Positions 26,011-40,876 of a stretch of 64,000 nucleotides of DNA are shown piece after piece (the stretch's first letter is position 1; the number at the start of each line of letters is the position of its first letter). The stretch lies in assembly GCF_001194135.2 (NCBI RefSeq), contig NC_068992.1:44949670-45013669 (forward strand). The letters are read 5' to 3'. The translations under genes and the position numbers were made by a program. Source of the DNA: Octopus bimaculoides. Lineage: Eukaryota. The notes beneath the pieces were generated by a model. That model worked only from the letters and a program-made list of their open reading frames with translations. It was not told the DNA's origin and searched no databases.

Positions 26011-29000
26011 TTTGTGGGTTTGGAGGAAGGGTTAGTGACATGACTTACCAGACCGAAATAATGTGCCTTAATTTAGGAGTATAATGTACATCAAATGGGT
26101 ATAACCACCCGATCAGCATTAGAAAATAAGAAAACTTTCATCATGTATTTGAGTGATTAGGGCTTATTTAGAACTAATCATTAAAAATTCGAGATGATCA
26201 TAATCTTTCCATCATAGATCTAACTGATTAGAGCTTTCTTGGAACAAATTAAAGGAAAAGATGTAAGAGTTAATGGCTTAATTGTACCAAGTAAAGGTCT
26301 CGAATTTAAATAGCAGTAACATCATTATAATTGCTTTACCACATTAGTGATAGAGATATATCACAAGAATATCAACGCTCAAAAGTGTCCGTGTGTTTAA
26401 GATGTCCGGTTTACAATACAGTGATTTCAGATCCGATCCCACTTCATAACATGGTGAACAAATATAGTTTTCTATATGTTATGTTGACCCCTAACCTGTG
26501 AGTGAAACTAGAATGAAAAAAAATGAGAACAGCTTGTTACGGGTGGTTTTGTGCCTCTCCTGCAAAGCCGACTTGCTCGGATTTTAATATATTAACCCTG
26601 ACTTTGTGCGACCTCATTCCATTTCAGATTGCATTAAATTTTCCGGTCACGTCTCTGGTGTGAGAATAACGTATGAGTCATTATTTCTTGTTTCTTCTCC
26701 CTTTCTACAACATTGATTTTCATTTATCTAAACCATGTATAAAACAAAATAACAAACATAATAATAAACTCCACTAACCACGACAATGATTCGAGGGTGT
26801 CGGTGTAGATTGTAATTTGCCACCTCTCTCCACCCAAGATATGATATATAATGAAGTATTGACATCAAACAACATTTATCTTTGTGAACTGAAGCGTTAT
26901 ATATTATTCATTCATTCACTAATTCTAAGCATTTGAACCTAGCCGTGCTCATTCCAAAATGATAAAACCCAAAGCCAAGCATGATGGCAGCAGAAATCTT
27001 AGCAAATAAAAACCTTTCAGTTTGGAGATTACTATGGATAAAAATATAATGTGAACAACATATATTACAATATCTTTCGCGAAATGGAAATGTACACAGC
27101 GATTAATGGCTTATCTAGAACGTCTAGATAAGGGAAGCTGTTATTAAGAAACAAAAATCTGTCTAATCGATGTCTATATACCTCGTTGATACGGTTTAAT
27201 ATTCAATGCTGATATCAAATACGGTTTCACAGAGTACCTCCTAAAGACTTTCTAGTTGGTGTCTTTTTGTTGTAAGGTTCTGATGTCGAGATATCAAATC
27301 ATATAATTATATAGAAATACACGTATTACAAGAGTTTGTATCTGTATCTCAAATGCAATATATCATCTGTTTAGATTCATAACCCAAAAGAAAGTTGCTT
27401 AGAGAGAAGTTCTGAAATATATTATTCGTCGTAATATTGTTGCCACACAGCAGTACAAGATACAGTACAACATGGCTTTGTACAATAATAATGAAGTAAT
27501 ATAGTAATCTAGTTCAGAGATATAACTTCAAACGTTGAAAAATATTTTTAAAATGAGGTCAGCTATTCTCTTTATAGCATGACACTGATATTCTTCAAAC
27601 TCTCTGTTATCACAGCAGACATACCTCACCTAGAAACTTCTGAGACGTTAGTGGCGTAGATTTATTCGTTTTATGAAACATGTTTTCCGATTTTGAAGAT
27701 TCAAGATATAGGCTAGTGTTTAGAAGGGTAGAATTGCAATTATACCTCCAATATTCACAGGATTAAAGGTTTAGAACGAAATATCTTTCCTGTCACAGCG
27801 GTCACCAAAGAGATCTCAGCATTTAGATTACTGTCATTCTATTTGTCTGACTAAAGATGTTTTTCGGAATAAAATGTCCCCGTTCGCTTAAAAATGTCAC
27901 ATTGTAATTTCTTGAGCAGGAAAGAAAAGAATAGTGTCGGCAATTTTCTTGCCATTGTGGATGCAATTTAGTTGATCAATGTTCAAAAATATATAATTGT
28001 TATTTGAAAAACGTATATAGGATCTATTTCGATGCATTGATTGGTTTTTATTTGAAATATATGTTCTGCGAAGAATTGCATATAACAGGCTGCTTTGTGA
28101 TTTAAGAATTTAGAATTGATTCTATAAGTGTGTATTTGTCCACAAATGCAGAAAGAAAAGAAATAATAATTATATACATACGTATATTCATATATATGTA
28201 CGTATGTCTATGCATATATATGTGTACATAAATAAGCGTGTGTAACTTTATATCTATGTATGTGAATCAATATGCATACATGTCTATGTATATGCATGTA
28301 TACGGAAGTATACCTCTGTTTCTGTATGAGTGTATGTATATATATATATATATATACATGTGTGTGTGTGTGTGTGTGTACACATACATATATACATATA
28401 TGTGTGTGTGCGTGTGTATACACATACATATACATCCATACATACATGCATATATTCACACAATGTGATATTGCCAGTCAAATGGGTATATTCCATTTCT
28501 ACAGGCAATAGAAATATTTATGAAAATAGATAGAAACATTTTCTGATATATTATCACGAATTAGGAACATCGTCCTATCTAACGTTGACGGAAAATTTGT
28601 GGTAAACCATTTTCTCAATCTTATTAGATTCCAATAGAACATAAGGTATTCTACATAACATCTCACACTATTATTGCTTTGTTGGACAATTATTGCATAT
28701 GTTAAGACGACAATGCGGAAATGACTGGTAATTTTGAAATACATAATTTATGTATTGCAGTAATCATATATTCAAACTGCTGTTGGACTCCTTACTTTCG
28801 TAACGTCTTCCTCTCGTTAACAGTTTCTGTTCAGATAAACGCGAAAATCGGATAAACTATAAATAATATTTACAGGCTTGACTATTACATTGAGCAACGT
28901 GTTTGATTTTATTCCATAAGATACTTATTTTTGCTAAATTATTTGATCTGCACTTGCATTACATCTTTCGATGACATGAATCATTCACTGAAAATAACAT

Positions 29001-29553
29001 ATCTGCATTAAATAAAGGGAGATCTTGATGCAACACTAATTTTTTTTTCCTTAACTAGCGCCACATAACGTTTACATTAATGACCACCTTGAGAAAAAAT
29101 TGCAAATTGACAAAGTTTGAAATTTGTCAAATTAGCAGTAAAATAAGGCTCAATTTACTTTCAGGTGTGCTCATGGTAAATTGTACTTCAACAGGTCACC
29201 TAAATATTATGTTAGTTACACACCATAATATCAGCAGGTATGCATACATTTTTATAGATTGGACAAAAGCGTTGTGAATGCTTGCCGGTGATTTCGAGCA
29301 TTGACTATCGTATGATACTGGTAAGTCCTGTGCGTAACGTGTACAGTTCACAAAAAAACTCAATATTCATAACTCAATACCAGAATGTCTTCTCAGAAAA
29401 AATAATGATTTATTTCACTCCATGACATGTGTACGAAGACGTTCTGTACTTCCGCAATTCCATGTCATTAGATGAATATTTTCTTCAGCCAATATGGCTA
29501 CTTTTCAATAAACGTCATTTTATCACTACTATATTCTGTATCTTTCGAGATAA

Positions 29554-29768
29554 GTCGGCAAGTTGACAGAATCGTTAGCACGCTGAGAAAAAGGCATAGC
29601 GGCATTTCGTCGGTCTTTACGTTCTGAGTTCAAATTCCTTCGAAATTGGCTTTTCTCTTTACCCTTTGGCTGGCGATAACATAAGTATCAGTTGAGTACT
29701 GGATTCGATGTAATCGATTTACCCCTCCCACCGAAATTGCTACCTTTGTACCAAAATTTGAAATGATA
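29554..29768 (+). mobile_element. SINE family A copy
   Basis: GACAGAATCGTTAGCACG..TTTACGTTCTGAGTTCAAATTCC..GATGTAATCGA..CCAAAATTTGAAA. Confidence 0.88.
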
Positions 29769-30836
29769 TTATAGTGAGAAGTAATGATAGTTAAGGAGAG
29801 ATTTATCAGGTTCCCTAAATATATATTAACATATAGCATTCTGTATTACGTAGTCTCTTATATTTTTTCGTTTACATGGCAGTGCTTTCATTCTAATCCT
29901 TACAGTCACAGACATGTATATACGTATAAATGTATGTGTGTATGCATGTATGTTTGTATTTATATGAAAATAATAATAGACACAAATTCATATAATTTTT
30001 CAGTACGTTTCACCATAATGGTTGGTCGCAAGTCTGTATTGGATGCTCTATGTGAAGATGGGTCCTCAACCACATGAAAACATTAAGAGAACACTTACAT
30101 TATGTTACAAAGACCCTAAGTCTGATTTCGGATAGATAATGAGATATTGTGAGTGTTTTGAATGGAAAGGAAGTAAAAAGTAACAAGAAACAAAGAGGGA
30201 CGAAGGATCAAGAGAATGGGAGAGAGGAAAAGATAAAGTGGACCAATAAGATAAAAACAAGACAAGTTTTTAATTAAAGATTGAAGGAAAGAGAGGGAAG
30301 ATATAGACATAGCAATAGGAAATTACTCGCTATAAGAATGTTAAGAATTATGTGTCATAAAATCAATGAGCAGTAGTTTTATACAAAAGTAAACCTCAGA
30401 ACTAGAATATAATATATTGTATTGATTTCTTCAAATCAACAATATATACTATGTATCTAAACTGAAGATCCCAATAATTACTTTAAAAATTCATTGTTAG
30501 AGAAAAAAAAATTATGGAGAAATAATATAGGAAATCAAAATATTGTATTTTGGTGAAACTGTATTTCTTTGCTTTTAATTTTTTTCTCTATTTTAGATTT
30601 TGTTTTAGTGGAAGACACGCTGAGTAATTATTAGCAATTAATATTTTAACATTTTCGTTGTCATCACCCTCCTATCAAAATTGAAATGTTAATGGAAATC
30701 AAATATCACTGCAACAAAATTCATTTGATTTCCTCCTGAATGGCTGTTTGTAGCTCTGGCTCTTCATGTGTATAAACGCACATACATTCACACACCTGCA
30801 CGCGCACCCGCCTGCATGCGCATACATATACATACA

Positions 30837-30867
<31 letters not shown>

Positions 30868-30876
30868 GTATGTATG

Positions 30877-30953
<77 letters not shown>

Positions 30954-31254
30954 GTATGTGTGTATGCACGTATGTATAAATAAATAATTTTTCGATATTC
31001 TAACTGTTTGTCGTAACAAAATGATTATAGACTTATATTGTATATCATTTATATAATATATTCTTTACGAAAATTACATTGATTATTTGTTATCGTATAG
31101 GTGAAAATATATTTAATGATTTCGCTATTAAACAGATAATGTATACTCTCAGATGACGCCCAACGTATAAGTAATAGCATTCGATGTCTAACATTCTCAG
31201 TTTCGGAAGTAGAGTGTTTCAGTTATTCCGGGCACGAATTACCTGCTGTAATCA

Positions 31255-31316
31255 TCTATTTTTATCTTTTATTTGTTTTAATCATCGGACTGCGCCCATG
31301 CTGGGGCTTTCATATA
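31255..31316 (-). mobile_element. SINE family B 3' tail fragment
   Basis: TTTTATTTGTTTTAATCATCGGACTGCGCCCATGCTGGGGC is the reverse complement of the family B tail. Confidence 0.65.
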
Positions 31317-34300
31317 GCTTGTCAACATTTTATGAAAAATCTTTATTCTGCACTGTGCAATCTTTACAAAAACAAAGCGTAACAACAGTTGTCTCGCAAT
31401 AAAAATCATAGAATTATTTTCTCCATAGTTCTTTTTTTGTTTGTTTTTTTCCTTTTGCTAATCTGGCCACGTTTGTGAATATCTTCGATGTTTTATGTTG
31501 TAATCATTAAAGCTTCGTTCACCTCCATAACTCTCTAATTGCAATACAAATGACGTCAAAGATTATTTTACAGGTTACATAAGTATATTTATTTTTTTTC
31601 AGCTGCTATTCATTAAGTACAATATTCCTAAATTGTTATAGTTGCAAGAGGCAAAGCGAAAAAAAAATCAGCAATCACCTTCAACAGACAACGAAATGTT
31701 CTAATTGAGGAAAGAATTCTCTATATTACTATTTTTTTAGTATCTTCTGCTAGGAGAAATCACTAAGTATTTCTTTAAAAATATTTTCTCATGTTTTTAA
31801 TTTGCTGTCGTCTTCACATATTATATTGATACGTGGAGGTAAGATATTAAAAACAACAGAAACTATGTTTTTAAGTATTTAGTGATTTCTTCCAGTAAAA
31901 GAAACCAAAGACTGCATTCTATACAGTTCTTTCCTCAATTAGAACATGTAGCTGTTTCTTGAACTTGGTTTCTGAGTTCTCTTGACATTCCTATGTTCAC
32001 AATATATCTATTTGTCTTTTTAAAATAAAAACTATATTATCTGCAGAAACTTTGTAGATATTCTTCCATTGGCCAAAACGTTACATCCTTCTTATGAATC
32101 GCCACTACAATAAACCAGAGAAAATAACAAATTAAAATGCAGAAACTTCTTGAAATATTCACGGAATGCTGATATTAGGAGTAATCTGTACACGATGTAA
32201 TTAGCAATTGCGGAGTATTTAATTACAAAGCTGGGGTTTAGTTGTGCTTCCAGTAATACTTAAAAAAAGAAATATTTACAAGAAAGTTTGTATATTTGTC
32301 TGTATCAGTTTCTAACGGCAAATCGATATTAGATCCACCTTTTAACGCATTATTAATGGGCCATAGTTTATGATATGATACTTCTCTAACACTAATTGTA
32401 CAATATTGTATGGGACGGCTCTGAACAATGTATTGGCTCACTGATCTTTCGTTTGCCAAATGTATGTCAAGTACAATGAAGTGTTTTCTTCGTGACGATG
32501 TTCAAATGACTCCTTACGCAGAGTTCATTGGATAAAATTTATCAGGTAAATTTTTCAACCTCTAAATATTCTTTTAGTTAAGTTAATTTAAGGAGAGTAG
32601 TGGTATTTCTTATCAAAATATTATCGAATCCAAATGCAAGATTACCAGAACAAGTATTTTGTGAAACAGTCAGCTACAGTTATTTTTATGTTCGTTATAT
32701 TCTGCAAGAAATATATTTTACAGTAGAAGCTGATAAGTTGTAGATTCGGGAAAGCGCAAACCAAAATAAGCAAGTTAAAATTAATTCTCTTCCATACATA
32801 AATCACGATGTTCTGTACATACATTGATATAATCATTACCTAGCAATCTCGTATTTATGAATAATTCTCTACTGTAATTCATAACTCAGTCCTGTTACAA
32901 ATGACGTGTAACACGATATATCGCTGCCGGGGTCCTCTTAGTGGTTAATATCTAAACCAAACGGCCGCTTCTTTCCCCTAGCGTACATTCAAATAAAACG
33001 CAAACTACGTGATACATTTTATCCAATGAACATTTGGACATGTGAATTACATGAATAATACACATCTATACGTGTGCCACTGTATAACAGAAATAGAAAT
33101 GACGAAGACAAAAAGAAACAAACATACTGAAATACATTAGATATTGTACACTCATTGATAGAAAGGATAAAATAAATAATCTCAGAAACAGAACAATTCA
33201 TATAAAAATGCATATCGAAGTTTCGACGAAAAGAGCAACTACAAGATACGCTTATAAAATCAGCAGTACAATTTCACCAATACAGCAAATACACAGTGAC
33301 AATAAGATAACACAAAAGCCACGTATATCTTGGATTAGGACTTACGTCTATGACAACAGTACTGACAAAATCATAAAATGATCATATACAGAATAATCAA
33401 GTTGAACAATAAAGGCAACCTCAGAGAAATAATAAAGTCAATACAAGACATGGTCATAACAAAATCAATCAGTCAATCTGGATCAAAGAAAGTCACCTTC
33501 CTGAAAGCCAAAAATAAGGAAATATCTCGGGGAATTAATAGCTGAATACAGCCAACCTGTCGAAATGATTGTTTTCATTGAAGCAAAGCATTGCTAAATA
33601 GTTTATTCAGCCACGTTACTATGAACAGAAAAATACATTCTAGCTTAATTCAGAGAGTAACTTGTCACCTAAACATTAGAAAGTTATAATGAAACTTTGT
33701 GATACAAAATACAAATATGAAAATGAGAAAAATAAAATGAAACAAACGAAGTATATATATATATTAAAAAAATCCAACGTCAAATAAGAGCTGCTGTAAA
33801 CGAAAGATATTTTTCAGATAACTGATCTTCGCAAGGGTATTGTGAATACAACGGTGAGTAATTCCCTCTGTAACAGATTCATGAATGTAAGAGAAATAGT
33901 AAAACATTCTTTCAGAAGAGAAATAACTTAAAATGACAATGGAAGCTGCTGAACGAAGAATTGGAGGATGTATGTAGAATCAATTTATTCTGTGGAAAAA
34001 ATGCACAACGGATAATGGAAAAGACAAACAGAAAAAAAAAAGCCGGACAAGGGTTTGTAAATAAAATAGAATATAAAATACAAGCATCGCCGAACAAAAG
34101 ATTGGTTATTAAAAGTATCAAGCCATTAACAAGAAGGAATTCAGTAAGTTTCCAATTCCGAAATATGCATTTGTCTATGTAGACAGTTAATTAGGATAGA
34201 GGCTACAGCGCACTTTATTCTGACTGCTTAAGCTCTAAGTTCAAATCCAGCCGAAGTGCATTCGCGTTACAATCTTTGGAAATCAAAAATAAAATATTCC

Positions 34301-34606
34301 AGTCCAAGGCAGTGGGTTGACGACACTGTGGATTCTGTTGTGCATTTTGACTGCAATAATGCGATGACACTTTTGTCAAACAGTACCGTTTGACTCATGT
34401 CAGCAGCCTTTCCCTTGCATAATAAATCGGTAGATCAGAGGTGATATTTCAACGTGGAATAGAGTGTTGATAAGGAAACCGCTCGATAATTCTCATTGTT
34501 TCATTATACTACATGGAACATCTTTTGGTTACCACTGGTCTCTTGTCTCTTGTCTCTTGTTTATTCTGCTTTCTTTACAGCTACTGGCGTTGCTTCTGTT
34601 GTGATT

Positions 34607-34641
34607 GCTGCTGCTGTTACTGCTGCTGTTACTGCTGCTGT

Positions 34642-34702
<61 letters not shown>

Positions 34703-34745
34703 GTTGCTGCTGCTGCTACTGTTGCTGCTGCTACTGCTGCTGCTA
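34607..34745. repeat. Compound (TGC)n/(TAC)n trinucleotide repeat
   Basis: Direct inspection; explains the poly-T/Y/L/S/V pseudo-ORFs. Confidence 0.95.
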
Positions 34746-34879
34746 TCACCGCGTTTGTACTTCTGCAGAATAATAAGAAATGACAAACATCAGATTCATT
34801 CCGACCGACAAACTGTAAGGACACAAGATAAGACACATACACCGACTTCTAAGGAGTCGTCAGTAAAGCACACACACAC

Positions 34880-34916
<37 letters not shown>

Positions 34917-36094
34917 TAAGGTATATACACATTGATGTACATGCACTAATTCTTCAAGTATTTCCCAGCCACCCCAAACAGTGGCTATTCATCACGAACA
35001 AATTCAAAATTACAGTATGTGAATGATTCAACATTAGCTTGTCTGGCAGCTGACAGAATCTTCAATTGTTCATTCAGATATGTCTGCATGAGACGTCTTC
35101 TAATTGCAATATATACACACACTACACGAACACACACGAATGCAACATACGCACACAAATACACATATAACACATGCACACGCACACATACACACACACA
35201 CGCCTAGACACATATGTATATGAATATATGCATGCGTCTGCGTGCGCGTACGTAATTAACCACTGTTTCATTTATGATCTGAGAGTGCCTCATTAAAGAT
35301 TTACTTGAGGAAGTTCCAACATTCAATGATCATAAGAAATATATTCAATGGAATCGCGAATTAACTGGTCGTTGTATAAATGGATTGAATCAACTTTGGT
35401 AATAAATTTCTTTTTACAATTTTGTTGAAATATTTAATGTGTGGAATTATTTCTGTTCTGAAAATATGGTATACAGTTCAGTGTGTGGAACCAAAGAACA
35501 GGTTATTTTATATAAGATAATACATGGTAATCGGAGGTACATTTCCAGAAAGGTATTATTGTTTAACTAAGATCAATTTTGATCTAATAGATCTCTAATA
35601 AAGCTATGCCGTATCTTTTTAAGAATATGTAATACTAGATTATTCAGGCCGTTTTATTTATTGAAAGAGTGTAGGGAGTGATTAGAGGGAGATAGTGTCT
35701 CAAATAGTTACATATAGTTTGTAGTTGGCTCGATTTCCAGCAAATAACTTTGGCTTTTGACTTGCTTTTACACATCCTAAGTTAATTACAATTATTTCAA
35801 ATGTTATATGCACCACCCAAATGTTTACAGAGATCCTCCATCTTCATCTAAATCTGTTACATACGTCTTGGAGACAGATTACATTATTGCTTGAAATTAA
35901 ATAAAAAATATATAATTTTGCATTTAGCGTTCAATCCACGTCTGCATATCCACAAATTTTTATTTTACAATATAATATTTTTTTCTATTATAGACACAAG
36001 ATCTGTATTTAGTGGGAAATGTAGTGGGAGGGGGGCTAGTAGTAATCGATTACAGATACTTATTTTCTCAACACCGAGAAGATGAAAGGTAAAT

Positions 36095-36250
36095 TCGATC
36101 ACGGAGACAATTGCAAGTACGTAATGCCGCTAAACAGTCTGTCTGGCGTGCCAACGATTCTGCCTGCTCGCCTCCTCTTCTTTGAAATATGATAATAGTT
36201 TCAAATTTTGGTTCAGGAACAGCAATTTCAGGAAAGATCGATAAATTATC
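36095..36250 (-). mobile_element. Degenerate/rearranged SINE family A copy
   Basis: CTGGCGTGCCAACGATTCTGCCTGCTCGCCTCCT (head) and TTTCAAATTTTGGTTCAGG..CAGCAATTTC (tail), both reverse complement. Confidence 0.7.
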
Positions 36251-36992
36251 GATATGGTCCTCTTTGTTCGGATTCTTTCTTAGCAGCACTTCGGTTCACA
36301 GAACTGTGAATTCGTTCGTTCTGCTGCCTGTTGCGGTAGATATTTGTCAAGAGATCACAGAACAAGTTTGGTATATGAAGACAAAGCTCGAAGGGCAAGC
36401 AATCCGATTTCACCTTTGTAAAACTAGTCACCACTTTACGTATACCATCGCCTGTCATCGACATTTCATTGAACTCAGCATCTCTAACCGAAACCTGCGG
36501 TTGGCCGACGATATATGAGGAGAAATCTATCTTCGTCACCGACCCACCTCGCGCCCCGTATATTTCAGCAAATTGCCACTGAAATTCTGCTTCTGTATGT
36601 AGGAGTGTGCGTATATGTGTGACTGCTTTTTTTTAAATGTGATAGTACGTTTAGATTGTACATGATTGTATAGAAACAGAGATACAATTTTGTGTGCTGT
36701 ATGTGTATGTTGAAATGTAAACATTTTTCACGTCACAAATGTACAGTGAACTCAGAAAAACACTTTCTGAAATACTTCTTTGCCTGCATTCGTTTACTCG
36801 AGTTAAACTTTTCTTGCAATAGTTATTGAAATTGTATTTTACGCTGTAAATTTTATATAGTTGTTTTTCATGAAAATATTAAGGCCTTTTGTGAAAATAT
36901 AGCCTTCAGTAATTATTTTTATCATCATCGGGATTATATCATCATCATCATCATGATCGTTGTCGTCATCGTCGTCATCATCATCATCATCA

Positions 36993-37039
<47 letters not shown>

Positions 37040-38822
37040 TCATTAATTTGATCGGAATGTGGTGTTTCTTCTAAATATGCTTGGCTCTAATCCCTCCTCA
37101 AGGGATTTAAATGACCAAAAAGAAAAGCGATGAGAAATCTATTAATTTTTCTTTCTCTTTACCATTCTCAGATTCATAGCTGTTGGTTTTCAATATTTCC
37201 TGATATTGCAAATTTTTTCCAAATGTTTTCTTTTTTAATTTTATATTTCAATTCCAAATAATCCAAAGTAGAAAGCCTAAAGATCTGAAGATTGAAGCTA
37301 ATTCAGACTCTGTAAATCGACTGATATTATTCATCAATATATAACTTTTTGATTGCAGGCTTCGATGAATGAATTAGTTTGTTATTAGAATAGTGGCTAC
37401 CAATATCGGCACTAATGTATTCTATTACTGGCAGAACTGTATAATATATACATACATGCATCTTATGTGTGTGTCTGTAAGTAAAATAAGTCTGTAAAGA
37501 AAAGTGCACCAGAGGATAATAATATTATGTAAACGTAGGCAATAATTACATTTCCTAATATATTCACAACGATATTAATAAAATCATAATTAGCTATAAT
37601 AATTATGAACAAGTCATATTAATTTACTAATTGCATATTTAAACATTCATCTACAGTACTTCTAAGATATACTTATGCAGAATATTCAGTATATTGTATT
37701 CTGGTGCTATGTAAACCTTCTATTAATGCTGATCAAGACAAACATTTCACAAAATTTGAATTTTATTTGATACATTGCAGACTTTGTCGTAGCTTGATTA
37801 TTGGGAGTGAGTCATAAGGTGGCGCTGGGAAGTGGTAAAAGAATTATTGATTAAATAAAAATATTCATTCCTGGGCGTAAGTTATTTGAAGCAAGTATAA
37901 CATATGAATAAGCAATTATGAGTAACATTCAAATAATTAAACCAGAATAAAATATCAGAATTATCGAATACAGAATATAAATGGAGAGATTTGTAATTCG
38001 TAGGACTTTTACGACAAAGACGTTAATGGAATAACCTTCATGATTTTGCTGGATATGACTTTCTGATAACTAAAACAGTTTTCTACATTACTTAGTGTAT
38101 ATTGCCACTGCGTATACTTGTAACCAGTCCGTAAACGAGCAAATAAAATGAGGAAGATGAATACATTGTTACTGTCGCAAAGAAAAATAACTTAAATGTA
38201 TCTCCCCCAAATCATAAGAATCTTCTGTCAAACAGGTGTTTATATGTGGTTTCCGTTGCGTAGGCAGATTAAAGATAGTTCTCATCCTAGATTGATAGCT
38301 TAACTTTGAGTATTAATTGATGGTGGAACGATTCTGAGAGAGTAACCACGTTTGCCTTGAGTTAAGTAGGTATGATCACTAAACATTATGTAGTTTCACC
38401 ATTAACCTGACACACTGATGGCTATTTGTATATTATACGTACATAGGTCATAACTTGTTATCACAAGCGCCGTACTAGAATATTTTGATAAGTGTAGTGA
38501 GGCGATGGTCACACCCATACAAAGGTTCTACACATTTTTAATTAAAATCAATTATGATTCAATAGGTGTGCGTTTCATAATTAACTTTAGGTGATTATTT
38601 GTGTTTTTGTATGAAGTTTTGAACTGTCCATTCTTTAACTGAAAATATTTTGCCTTTCCCTCTTCATTTATCTATCTCACCCAATAGGATGTTATGAATC
38701 CACTGTCTCATATTCATTGTATGTTACTGTACATTATTGAATATCATGAGACCTTCTGGCTAATGAAGAAATTATTGTCGTTTGTGCACCAAAACCAATC
38801 CAACATATCTCACTCCAAAATT

Positions 38823-38975
38823 GAAATTTCGCCAAGACACCTGATGAAGGCTGGAGGGTATATCAGCTGAAACGTGTTAACAACAAATAAGATGAGGACG
38901 AATATCTGTCAAATGTAAATAATGTAAACATTGTAAATAACATACATACTTCCTCATCTCTTAGATATAGAACTG
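38823..38975 (+). mobile_element. Penelope-type terminal repeat fragment with degraded hammerhead motif
   Basis: Close homologue of 42264-42409; CTGATGA..CAGCTGAAACGTGTT has a 3-nt deletion around the cleavage site relative to the 42 kb copy. Confidence 0.75.
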
Positions 38976-39760
38976 TATGATTTTTATTGTCAGTTGATGC
39001 ACTGTTGTCAGTTGTATGTTAAAATGTGTCTAAACAACGTACAGACGTTTTCTTGGTCTCACCAAACGGCATGGTAATCCAATGACAGTCAACATCTGTC
39101 ATTTTATATTCCTTGCAGAGATATACTGCGTGCAGCTGGAAATATTAATGTCCTACTTTTCTAAATTCACACAAGAATTTAGTCATATCAGTGATATGCA
39201 TAAACTGGATATCATCACCTACATAGTCTATATCATCTAACCAACCACATGCATTGCGTTAGAAATTCCCACAAACAAACATTTGAAAACACAATAACAA
39301 CAGGAAACAAAAGTATAATAAATCAACTATAAAAAGTACTCAGAAAAAAATAGAATAGAGGAATTCGAATACAGATAAAATGTATAATCAAAAATAAGTT
39401 TTAGCAGATATTTAATATATATTTATTTCTCTATTTTTCATCAGTTGTTTTGTTTTTCGAATACCAAATTTATTTTTCGAATTCATATATCTATATATTT
39501 TCCCCATCGCTTTTTATTTACTATTCCTTGATATATAGTTATATTTCAATGCATTCATGCTATGTATCTGTGCGCGCACACACATAAGCACACAAGTACA
39601 TATACATATATCTCTGTATATGTCTATATATATTGTATAATATGCTATTATTTCTGGGCTATTTGAAAATAAATCTGTTTGAAGAAGTTACTGAAATGTA
39701 AAATGTATATATAATAACTCGTAATATATTGGTTTAATAAGAAATTTTTCGCTTAAAGAC

Positions 39761-39764
<4 letters not shown>

Positions 39765-39824
<60 letters not shown>

Positions 39825-39923
39825 CCATCTATCTATCTATCTATCTATCTATCTATATATCTATCTATCTATCTATTTATCTATTTATATATCTATCAAC
39901 CTATCTATATATTTATCTATCTA
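39765..39923. repeat. (TC)n + (TCTA)n compound microsatellite
   Basis: Direct inspection. Confidence 0.95.
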
Positions 39924-40770
39924 TGAAAGAGATATGAATGTCTGAGAATTATGCGCAAGTATATATATTCAAATTTGTAAATACATGTATGTCCATATGC
40001 TTTTATATATGTGTTTTTCTGTCTATCAACCTAATGATAATATGTATTTTTTTTTTGATAATTTCCGTATTCTCAGTGATTAGTTGCATGTTAGAATTAC
40101 CATGCCAAGACTACTACACTATATCTTATATATTATGAATTGATATATATCACGTGATGAAATACCACTTAATGAAGGTGTTCAAAAAAATGACCGACAT
40201 GTTTAAAAACCATGCCGCGGATTTTTAATTCGCACTTAGTAGGGATAAACTTAATCGTAAGGAATTGTAAATATAGATTAAAAGAATATAGAAGATCCTA
40301 CATACAAAAAAAAAAGAACTATGTACATACAACGAATTTGGAAAGTCTTAAATTAACATAAACGTTTATTTACATAAAAGAAAATTACCGGAGGTATAAC
40401 ATGTGTTGTGCTAAAAATAACAGCTAAATAATATTTTTTGGATAAATCTTTTTAATTAACATAAACATTTATTTACATGAAAGCAAAATCACAGCTTCCA
40501 AATCCTGTTTTATGACTGGGTCACCGTGCAAGTGGTCATCGAAGTAAATAAATAGACAAAATCCTTTTACTATTAAAAAATATATAAAAAGTATGGAAGA
40601 CCCTACATACAAAAAACTATGTCCATTTACGACCATTTATGGGTAAGTTCTGGGCAAAATGTTATAGTGCATGACCATCCTTGGGACACAATTAATGTGT
40701 GTGCGTAACGTTTGGAGAAAATCCGTTGAGAATTATGGAAATGTATGCGTTAGTCATTATACACACACAT

Positions 40771-40776
40771 ATAACG

Positions 40777-40857
<81 letters not shown>

Positions 40858-40876
40858 CACACACACACACACACAC
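40771..40876. repeat. (CA)n microsatellite
   Basis: Direct inspection. Confidence 0.95.

Noticed and set aside
34496-34919. Overlapping poly-T/Y/S/V/L ORFs resembling a mucin or secreted protein
   Set aside because: All frames are open because of a TGC/TAC trinucleotide repeat; no splice or domain support.
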